The notes below the pieces were generated by a model. That model was given only the letters and a program-made list of their open reading frames with translations, did not search any database and was not told the origin of the DNA. Positions 8,681-17,833 of a stretch of 17,833 bases of DNA are shown here, in pieces. The stretch is taken from contig NW_021824629.1 in the NCBI RefSeq assembly GCF_006345805.1, positions 1 through 17,833 of the forward strand, in the 5' to 3' direction. Numbering within the stretch: position 1 is the stretch's first letter; the number at the start of each line of letters is the position of its first letter. A program made the position numbers and the translations under genes. Source of the DNA: Octopus sinensis (lineage: Eukaryota).

Positions 8681-9324
8681 TAGTTGAAACTTGTAAACTC
8701 GTAGTGTGAATGATTGTAACCATTGTAGGAATGACTGCATGGAGACTGTTGTCCTCTTTGTGATATGTTTTTGTTGTGGAGAAATTGAGAAATTTCTTTC
8801 ACTGAATTTCTCTTGTTTTCGAGTCCACCAAATCTAAGTCTGTGTGTCGTGTCAAATATCATTTCTTCTAAAATAAATTACGTCTAATACTAATAATATG
8901 TCATTTCCTATGATTGATCGATTGATTGATTCTTTGAATGATTTCTATAATTCCATCACATCTGAAGAGAGTCGTAGCTGTCCAGGTCAATAGGGCATTT
9001 GGCTGTCAAAAGACCACAGATACGATTAAATGATACGTAATATCATGTATATGTGATGTGTGCATGCGTTTGTGTATATGTGTATGTGTATTCAAATATG
9101 CCCACACACACACACACACGCGCGTTCGCACACATACGTATGCAAACACGATCACATATTCGTATTTGTTTTTAAGTTGTTTATTAGAATTAAACATTAA
9201 TTTGAAGTATTACTCAATACTCTTCGTAGGAGACATTTTTATTGAAATTATACAAGAAGAAAATGACAGTGACTTCGAAGTTTCGGTCTTCTAGCCTTTG
9301 GTAGCACAATAAAAACGCTTAAAT

Positions 9325-10330
9325 CACTGGTCATATCAGATGTGGGGACATGCGGCTTTGCAGCGCGTTGCTTCGATCACCATTTGTTGGTATTTCCGAG
9401 TCCTTCTGGTCAGTCTCCATCAGTCGCTATCTTTGTGGGGTAACTCTTCATCTGCCATGAACATATAACATGCAGAACCCAGCCGGGCCCCAAATGAAGA
9501 GAACCCAGTAGACAGGATATAACTCGGAAAATTGAGCAACGCGGCCTAATAGGTTGAGTTGGCGCTTCAGAATCATGCAAGCGATAGGACGCATCTCCGT
9601 TTCTGAGTAAAGTCGTAAGTTGAATTCGAAATCCGACTTATGGTAAACTCATATTCCTGTGAAGTGTCCTGGTACCAGAGGACCCTAGGCGACTCCTAAG
9701 AGCCCCGGACAGCGTCCAAGTCTCACAACTATAGAGCAGGACAAGAGGCGCCACAGACCTGAACAAACGAACCTTTCTCTTCCTGCGCAGATAATGGCGG
9801 CAGCAAATATCCTTGTCCAATGACTTCACAACTGCACCAGTTTGTTCAAGTCCTTTTAAGATTTTCTCTCGAAGCTAATGTTGCTCACTGCCAAGATAAA
9901 TGAAACGGTCAACAATTATGACAATCTCCAAGCAGCAGAAACAGACGAGGTGGAATTTTGCGAGAAGCCAACGAAAGGACCAAGGACGAAGTCTATTCAG
10001 TTTCTCACTCCCTGAAAAGAGAGCGATGCTTAAGACACCTGGAGACTCGACAAGAATAACCGCGTACTCATCAAAATGTACGTCTGTAATCGTAGTTTCA
10101 CCAATGAATGCCCCACAACTCGTTCGAATCACCATTCGGCCAAGTATCCAATACATGCAGACATTGAACACAGGCTCGGGTCCAAGCCCCGCACCAAATT
10201 TAACTGTCAAATGTTGATCCCACAATCCGTTCTGCACTCACTGTCCGGGCGAACAACGTCAGTCCACTCAGCCGAGGAGATATATTACGCAGCTACAGAG
10301 TCCTCGAAAGCACATCCTTGACCACCGAGC
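9325..10330 (-). mobile_element. 5'-truncated, decayed RTE-clade LINE (RT C-terminal half to 3' end)
   Basis: Ordered motifs on minus: PVFNVCMYWILGR...CGAFIGETTITDVHFDEYAVILVES (FADD region), VDRFIYLGS, KVRLFRSV..VLLYSCETWTL, ETEMRPIACMILKRQLNLLGRVA, ending ATRCKAACPHI-stop with a TGACC-like tail remnant. Multiple frameshifts. Confidence 0.88.
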
Positions 10331-10638
10331 CAAAAGCCTTGCAGAGGCCGTGACAGGCCGCAAACAACCACTGCCGAAAGATCCGCTTGCGTTCAATAAG
10401 TTATAAAAAAATTAACAGTACATATCGATGGACCCTCAGTAATAGAGGTCTCATATGTGAGCACCAAAACGCCGAAGACACTTAAAGAGAATTCCAATTC
10501 TCTGCAAATTTGTAGGAGCTTATTGAAATAAACAATGTAAATGCTAGGTTTTAAAATATAATTAATACTTTATTGACAAGCAGTCCTCTTAATTATTTGA
10601 TTTAGGACAGCATATATGTGTTGTGTGTGTGCAAGCGC

Positions 10639-10639
<1 letters not shown>

Positions 10640-10715
<76 letters not shown>

Positions 10716-10728
10716 GTGTGTGTGTGTG
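10640..10728. repeat. (TA)n(TG)n microsatellite
   Basis: Read directly. Confidence 0.95.
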
Positions 10729-11191
10729 TTTGTAATTTGAACTAGAGAAAAATAAAAAGAAAGCCAAGCAAGCAATCGAACATAATTTTTTTATGATAAA
10801 TCAATGTTCATAATTGTAACTTGAGTATATTTTTGCCTTCTGTATGTTCCATGAAGCTTATACTAACGTAACCTCGTTACGATCAGATCAAGGGTTTTAA
10901 CATTGATGGAATAATTTTTCTATGGCTGTTTAATTCAGCCGATGTAGAACAGAATATTAATTTATATTAGTGAGAACAAAGAACAAATATTGCTTTTTCG
11001 TTATTTTAAGCTATTTCAGTTGAAAGGCCCCATTAGTAAATTTATTCTGTTCATAACATCAGTCGGTGGCTCTCGAGATAAAATGTCGGAATTTATTTGT
11101 AGTTATATGTGGAACGTTAATTATTTGGACGCCATTACTTTGGAGACATATAATATGTATGTAAATAGTAAACACATCTACGTGTGTCTGG

Positions 11192-11319
11192 GATATATAT
11201 ATATGTGTATATGTATGTGTGTGTCTCTGTATCTGTGTGTATACACATATATATATGAATATATATATACACATATCTATATGCATATGTCTGTGTGCGC
11301 GCGTGTTTATATATATAAT

Positions 11320-11355
<36 letters not shown>

Positions 11356-11657
11356 GAGAGAAGAGAGACAGTGATAAATATAAATGTATGTCCGTGTGCG
11401 CATGTCATATACATGCGTATATATGTGTGCGTATGCGTTTTGTAGACGAATGTGCTGTGTGTGTACGCGTAAATAAATAAATATATACATATACTTATAT
11501 ATATATTTGTTTATTTATATACATATATATATACATATACATATATGTATACACATATATACATATATATATACCTATATATATATACATACATATATAT
11601 ATATACACATATATATATCTATATATGCATATACATAGATAGATGCACACACATACA

Positions 11658-11689
<32 letters not shown>

Positions 11690-11890
11690 GAAATGAACAT
11701 ATGAGTGTGTGTGCGTATGTGTGTGAGCGGATATATCTATCTATGCATTTACACCCTCTCTTTCTCTCTCTCACACCCCTTCCCTCTTTCTCTCTTTGTT
11801 AATTCGATAGGAACTCTTGAGTAACTGACACACACGCACACACACACGCCTACACACACACACATATAATACATATATACATACATACTA
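11192..11890. repeat. extended low-complexity tract of (TA)/(TG)/(GA)/(CA)/(CT) microsatellites
   Basis: Read directly. Confidence 0.85.
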
Positions 11891-11891
11891 C

Positions 11892-12045
11892 GTGATTCTT
11901 TCAGTTTCCTTCTGTGAAATCCATTCAAAAGTATTTGGTTAACCCGAGCCTATCGTAGAAGACACTCGTCCAAGGTGCCACATAATGGGATTGAACCTGG
12001 AACCATGTGGTTGGGAGCAAACTTCATACCACACAGCCACACCCT
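11892..12045 (-). mobile_element. tRNA-derived CORE-type SINE, 5' half
   Basis: Reverse complement aligns to 12722-12887: TGGCTGTGTGGTA A box, GGTTCAATCCC B box, CORE-like CACCTTGGACGAGTG, and GGAAACTGAAAGAA. Confidence 0.85.
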
Positions 12046-12117
12046 CACCCGTGTATACAACATTAAAATCAACAAATATTTCGAAAGTCGTACAAATGTA
12101 AGTTACTACATTGAGAT

Positions 12118-12260
12118 GAGTTCAAGTGAATACGGGGTCGACTTTGCTTTTCGTCCTTCCGGGGTCGATAAACTAAGTACCAGTTACGCATTGGGGTCAA
12201 TGTAATCGACTCATCTCCTCCCACAAAATTTCGGGCTTTGTGCCTATAGTAGATAAATTA
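12118..12260 (+). mobile_element. SINE with Meta/MESC-like domain, 5'-truncated
   Basis: GGTCGACTTTGCTTTTCGTCCTTCCGGGGTCGATAAACTAAGTACCAGTTACGCA...AAATTTCGGGCTTTGTGCCTATAGTAGA. Confidence 0.88.
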
Positions 12261-12390
12261 CATATACTCGACTTCTTCAGACAAAGAATTCTTCTTTTCT
12301 TTCTTTATTTTGTAAAGTATACGAGATTTTGAGAGTTGTGCTACACCGTATATATGTCCGTTTGTATATCTATGTATCTTCGGTTTTAGA

Positions 12391-12445
12391 CCGAGGCTGA
12401 CCAATAATTTCTAAGTGAATTTGGTTGAAACTGTGTGGAAGCCCG
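12391..12445 (+). mobile_element. short fragment of the CORE-type SINE
   Basis: GACCAA...AGTGAATTTGGTTGAAACTG...GAAGCCCG resembles 12828-12883. Confidence 0.55.
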
Positions 12446-12721
12446 AACGCCCATTTGTATTGTTCTGTTTTCTTTTTCTTTTATTTTTTTTGTACCTAGA
12501 AACCGGACCTAGAAACAACTCTGAGTCGGATCTACAGTTTAAATTGGATTTGGTACCTATATATATATATAATATCTCCAGTATCCTAGCAACGCACCAA
12601 CACGTGATCACTTCCTGGATGTTTACCTCACTGGGAAACTTATGTTCTTGTACCTGGCGATTTCTGGTGTCATACAAGTTGATGTACCTAGTTTCCAATG
12701 AATTCTTTAACTAATCTACCC

Positions 12722-12888
12722 AGGCGTAGGAGTGACTGTGTGGCAAGTAGCTTGCTTACCAAACACATGGTTCCGGGTTCAGTCTCACTGCGTGGCTCCT
12801 TGGGCAAGTGTTTTCTATTGTAACCTTGGGTCAACCAAATCCTAGTGAGTGGACTTGGTAGATGGAAACTGAAAGAAGCCCGTCGTAC
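12722..12888 (+). mobile_element. tRNA-derived CORE-type SINE, 5' half
   Basis: A-box-like TGACTGTGTGGCAAG, B-box-like GGTTCAGTCTC, CORE motif CCTTGGGCAAGTG; homologous to 11892-12045. Confidence 0.88.
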
Positions 12889-12892
12889 ATAG

Positions 12893-12980
12893 GGAGCTTA
12901 GGTGTTTTTGCTCAATAAACATTCACAATGCCTGGTCCGGGAATCGAAACCGCTGCCCTAACCACTGGGCCATTGCGCCT
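12893..12980 (-). mobile_element. tRNA-derived SINE head with a deletion between A and B boxes
   Basis: Minus strand AGGCGCAATGGCCCAGTGGTTAGGGCAGCGGTTTCGATTCCCGGACCAGGCATTGTG, homologous to 3428-3510. Confidence 0.8.
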
Positions 12981-13084
12981 CTACTGGGGTCTGTGGTTGC
13001 ATGCTGTATCAATACTTTTAGCAAAGCTACAAAGAGCGAAATAGCGGAATGGAATAAAACACTGGATGGTCAAAACGATGAAGG

Positions 13085-13237
13085 GAGACCTCTACATGGT
13101 TGATCAATCTACTTGAAATAGCAAGCAATTCCATCTCAAATCATTCTGTATCATCTTAACAAAAAAAAAAAAAAAAAAAAAGTGGGGAAGTGTGTCTGAA
13201 GAAAGAGTGGATGGTCGTAACTGGAAAGTCTTCGAAC
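13085..13237 (+). mobile_element. fragment of another interspersed repeat with an internal poly(A)
   Basis: GGATGGTCGTAACTGGAA resembles the reverse complement of 17513-17550; also resembles a recalled octopus repeat. Confidence 0.4.
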
Positions 13238-13288
13238 TTAGCTGTGGTAAATCAGTGCCGCTAGCGGTGGTGATGACAACAATAATCA

Positions 13289-13809
13289 TGATGATGATGA
13301 TGGCTAGGACGATGACGACAATGACGATGATAAGGATGATGGTGATGATGATGATGACGATGATGATGAGGAGGAGGAGGAGGCGGAGGAGGATAATGAT
13401 GATTATGATGATGATGATGGCTAGGACGATGACGACAATGACGATGATAAGGATGATGGTGATGATGATGATGACGATGATGATGAGGAGGAGGAGGAGG
13501 CGGAGGTGGATAATGATGATTATGATGATGATGATGGCTAGGACGATGACGACAATGACGATGATAAGGATGATGGTGATGATGATGATGGACGATGATG
13601 ATTAGGAGGAGGAGGAGGCGGAGGAGGATAATGATGATTATGATGATGATGATGGCTAGGACGATGACGACAATGACGATGATAAGGATGATGGTGATGA
13701 TGATGATGACGATTGAGGATGATGAGGAGAGGAGGCGGAGGAGGATAATGATGATGATGGATATGATGATGATTATGATGTGACGACAATGACGATGATA
13801 AGGATGATG

Positions 13810-13840
<31 letters not shown>

Positions 13841-14244
13841 ATGATGAGGAGGGAGGAGGAGGATGATGATGTCTCTGATGATGATGATGGCTAGGACGAT
13901 GACGACAATGACGATGATAAGGATATGGTTGATGATGATGATGACGGATGATGATGATGAGGAGGAGGAGGCGGAGGAGGATAATGATGATGATGATGAT
14001 GATGATGATTATGATGATGACGACAATGACGATGATAAGGATGATGGTGATGATGATGATGACGATGATGATGATGTGAGGAGGAGGAGGCGGAGGAGGA
14101 TAATGATGATTATGATGATGATGATGGCTAGGACGATGACGACAATGACGATGATAAGGATGATGGTGATGATGATGATGACGATGATGATGATGAGGAG
14201 GAGGAGGCGGAGGAGGATAATGATGATTTTGATGATGATGATGA
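13289..14244. repeat. ~117-bp minisatellite, about 8 units, built of GAT/GAC/GAG triplets
   Basis: Landmark GCTAGGAC at 13303, 13420, 13537, 13655, 13890 and 14127. Units near 13775 and 14010 lack it but keep GACGACAATGACGATGATAAGG. Confidence 0.95.
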
Positions 14245-14339
14245 CCATCCTCCTTCTGCTCCTCCTCTTCACATCATCATCATCATCATCATCATCATCA
14301 TATGATAATAACCAATATAAAACCAACCATGGGAAAATA

Positions 14340-14489
14340 CTGCTGCCGAGTCTGCAGCAGCAGAGCAGCAGCAGCAGTAGTAGTAGTAGTAGTTGCAGAA
14401 ATAGTGTTCCCCCCTGACACCACCCCCGCCAACTGCTTTTGCTGCTGTTTCTGATAGAAGACTAACTGCTGCTGCTGTCGCTGCTATTG

Positions 14490-14521
<32 letters not shown>

Positions 14522-14750
14522 GTCCCACGATTGCTGCTGCTGTTCCGCGCTGCTGATATTTGCTCTATTGCTACTGCTATTACAACTGAGACTGCTGCTA
14601 CGGCTGCTGCTGCTGCTCTCTTTTTTTTCCGCTGCACATGTCACCACTGCCCCCCCCCGGTCCTGCTGCTGCTGCTGCTGCTACTGCTAATCCAGCCGCT
14701 ATGATCCCGCTGCTACTGCTGATGATGACCCTGTTGCTGCTGCTGCTACA
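14340..14750. repeat. mixed CAG/CTG/TAG/CTA trinucleotide-rich region
   Basis: Read directly. Confidence 0.85.
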
Positions 14751-15154
14751 GCCACGAACACAACACGAAACATTTGTGTAATGTCAGCGAGCGACCATTT
14801 TCGTCTGTTTTTTTTTTTTGCTTTGTTTTTTTGTTATAAATGTTGATTGATTCACCAAGAGACTAGTTTCTACGTGAAATTGATGGTAAGAAAACTCCAC
14901 CTCCACATGACGAGAAGGCCATCTCAAAGAATTCCTCAGAGATTCCTTAAGCGAGAATCAGATGGTTCTAGCGGTGCCGGTGGTGGTGGTAGTGGCCTGA
15001 TGGGTTTGAGTGTTTGTCTTTAAAGTGTTCTTGGTGTCAAACACCCAATTATACACAATTTCTTTCAATTTATTAACATTAATCCATTATTTATTTCATA
15101 TTATTGATATGGTTATTTTTTGTCTTATTTTTCTTTAATTTTCGACTTGCATAG

Positions 15155-15237
15155 ACATACATACATTAATACATACATACATACATATATCCATCTATAT
15201 ATATATACATACACACACAGACACACACAGACACACT

Positions 15238-15272
<35 letters not shown>

Positions 15273-15585
15273 GCAGATGGAGAGAATTATAGATAGGTCT
15301 ATATATATATTTTATATATATGTATGTGCGTGTGTGTGCGTTATAATGGTTTATCGTCCTTTCCTTTACTTTCTTTGAACCTCTCTCTTCTCTCCTTCTC
15401 TCTCTCTTCCATTGTCTTACTCTCTACTAACAGACTATGTGTGTATATGTGTATATGTTTGTACGACTGCATGTATATATATATACCTATACATACATAT
15501 ATCTATATATATTCTATATATATATATATATCTATAATATATATCTATGTGAATGTATGTATCTATGTGTGTGTGTGTGTGTATG

Positions 15586-15630
<45 letters not shown>

Positions 15631-15845
15631 AATGTATATGTATATATAGAGAGTAAATACATATAATGTATATATATAAATATATGCATATGCTACACAC
15701 ACACACACCATACACTATAAAATATATAGAGTAAATACATATATATATATGTATATATATATATACATATACATATGCATATGCATACACACACACACAC
15801 CCATATATATATATATACATATGCGTGTGTGTGTATATATGTATG
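15155..15845. repeat. extended (TACA)/(TA)/(TG)/(CT) low-complexity tract
   Basis: Read directly. Confidence 0.85.
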
Positions 15846-16133
15846 ATTTTATTCTATTTATATAATTTTCATTGTTAAAAGTCTCTTACGGACAACAAAA
15901 ATACAGGAATCATTTGCTGCACAATTAAGATAATGCATTTTAACCATTCTAGCACGACAAGCAAGCTGAGATATTCTAAATTTACGTCAACTTTCCCTGG
16001 AGAGAAACACGTTGAAATACAGACAGAGCCGAAGAGTAAAGAGAGAAGATGTATGCAGCCTACTTGATTCGACGTGTCCATTGGAGCGTTGGACATTTTC
16101 AGATTACTTTAGCTGTTTGTAAAGCTTACTTTA

Positions 16134-16243
16134 GCAGCAGCAACAACAATAACCTCAACACCAGCAATGGTAACAACAACAACAACAACAACAACAAAGA
16201 CAATTACAACATCAACATTAGCAGCAATAAGATTAATAACAAT
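16134..16243. repeat. (AAC)n degenerate microsatellite
   Basis: Read directly. Confidence 0.85.
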
Positions 16244-16508
16244 GATATCTTAATGTGGTTACGATTAACAAATAGAGAGGGTGAAAGCAACAAACGAAAA
16301 CTATAACAAAAAAATAAATAGAAAAGAAAACAAATGGTGCGATTTGGTTTCACTTTCGTTTTCCCGCCCTTGTTGTACTTGTCTGTTTCTTTCTCTCGCG
16401 TATATATACACATATATATAGAATGATACAACCTAGCTTATACGTGTGACTATAAATATATAATCACAACATTTTTATCTGCGAGAGTGTGTATGCGTAT
16501 GTGTGAAT

Positions 16509-16634
16509 GAGGAGAGCGAGTGAGAGAGAGAGACAGAGAGACAGACAAAGAGAAACTGACAGAGGGACAGAGGGAGAACGAGAGATAGAAGGTGAAACAG
16601 GCGATCAGAGAGAGAGAGAGAGAGAGAGAGAAAG
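16509..16634. repeat. (GA)n-rich microsatellite
   Basis: Read directly. Confidence 0.9.
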
Positions 16635-16658
16635 AAATATTTCGATAGAAATACATAC

Positions 16659-16872
16659 TCTTTTACTCTTTTACTTGTTTCAGTCATTTGACTGTGGCCA
16701 TGCTGGAGCATTGCCTTGAGGGGTTTCAATCATAGACATGAACCCCAGAACTTAATTTTAAGTCCTAGTATTTACTCTATCAGTTTCTTTGCTGAACCGC
16801 TAAGTTACGGGGATGAAAACACACCAACACCTGTTGTCACGTAGTGATGGGGCACAAACACGAACACAAAGA
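16659..16872 (-). mobile_element. 3' half of a high-copy SINE with short tandem tail (AAAAGAGT)n
   Basis: Homologous to 8182-8448; CTCTTTTACTCTTTTACT tail; runs into (CA)n. Confidence 0.8.
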
Positions 16873-16945
16873 TACACACACACACACACACACACACACA
16901 ATCTCTCTCTTGCACTCACCCACACACTCTCACTCACACGCACTC

Positions 16946-17023
16946 GTGTTCTACGATAGACCTGGGCCGATAAATGCCTTGTGGGTGACATCAGTTGTCG
17001 GAAAGTGAGTGTAAGCCCGTAGT
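16946..17023 (+). mobile_element. degenerate fragment of the CORE-type SINE
   Basis: TTCTACGATAG.CCTGGGCCGA...GCCTTGTGGGTG...CGGAAAGTGA...AAGCCCGT aligns to 12808-12886. Confidence 0.6.
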
Positions 17024-17025
17024 AT

Positions 17026-17039
17026 CTTCTCTCTCTCTC

Positions 17040-17101
<62 letters not shown>

Positions 17102-17133
17102 CTGTGTGTGTGTCTGTGTGTGTGTGTGTGTGT
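17026..17133. repeat. (CT)n(TA)n(TG)n compound microsatellite
   Basis: Read directly. Confidence 0.95.
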
Positions 17134-17621
17134 ATCCTACACAACGTGGATAATCTGTAAAAAAAGAAATCCACCACACTGCAGTATTTGTCTTGAGAAA
17201 GAATCTCGTATAACCCAATTCTTCTAAGAAGCCCAGAGGTCTCTGTAGCAGACGGAAAGCTAAGTCTATCCCTTTGTGTCCTCGCATCAGTACAATATTT
17301 CTTTAGTCTCTTATAGCCATGGAGACCAAGGATAAAGTGGAGCACAACCTTCGGTAGAGTGCGACGATAAAAATCGAACCTAAAGGGATTGACGATAAGA
17401 ATTGCTTTCCATTTGTAGTTGTTCGTTTGGCCATAGGTGAGCACTGGTCACTGAGTGAGTACTGGTCAATCAGACGATTGATGAGGTGATCTCTGATCAA
17501 TTAGACTGTTGATTAAAAGTTATTCCAATCATGACCGTCACGTTCTTTTCTTCTATCCTTTATTTCTTTCTTTATTTGCGAAATGGAAAGTGTCTAGTAA
17601 CACGAATTCGATGTGTTCGTC

Positions 17622-17730
17622 ATGATGATGATGATGATGGTGATGATGACCATGATTGTATGGTGATGATGATGATGATGATGATGATATTGATGATGAT
17701 GATGATGATGACGACGACGACGACGATGAC
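17622..17730. repeat. (GAT)n/(GAC)n microsatellite
   Basis: Read directly. Confidence 0.95.
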
Positions 17731-17781
17731 AATGGTCTCAAATTTTGCTGCAAGGGCAGCCATTTGGAAGAGGGAATTAAT

Positions 17782-17833
17782 TGAGTACCAGTTACGCACT
17801 GGGGTCGATATAGTCGACTTAATCCGTTTGTCT
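17782..17833 (+). mobile_element. SINE fragment (family of 3775-4152) running off the window
   Basis: AGTACCAGTTACGCACTGGGGTCGATATAGTCGACTTAATCCGTTTGTC is the near-exact reverse complement of 6308-6357. Confidence 0.85.

Noticed and set aside
12722-12800. Functional tRNA genes at SINE heads
   Set aside because: A and B boxes are present, but there is no cloverleaf and the sequence continues into SINE body.
13289-14244. CRISPR-like array or aspein-like acidic protein gene
   Set aside because: There are no unique spacers and the context is eukaryotic. The Asp frame has a TAG in every A unit.

Overview
Eukaryotic, AT-rich, repeat-dominated DNA (intergenic or intronic), most likely from an octopus or related coleoid cephalopod. 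That assignment comes from recalled SINE families and the extreme microsatellite density, not from a search. No credible host protein-coding gene is visible: nearly all listed ORFs are translations of microsatellites. Recognisable parts are many tRNA-headed SINE copies, decayed RTE-clade LINE reverse-transcriptase fragments, a 5'-truncated R4/Dong-like LINE end sitting in (TAA)n, a degenerate initiator tRNA-Met pseudogene and a 117-bp minisatellite built from GAT/GAG triplets. The standout is a non-coding ~591-bp unit at 4921-6127, arranged as a partial head-to-tail repeat plus a ~480-bp inverted copy between two (TA)n tracts. It carries an intact minimal type I hammerhead ribozyme (5841-5948, +) with an unusually long stem II and a degenerate mirror copy on the minus strand, consistent with a Penelope-like pseudo-LTR or retrozyme-type element.
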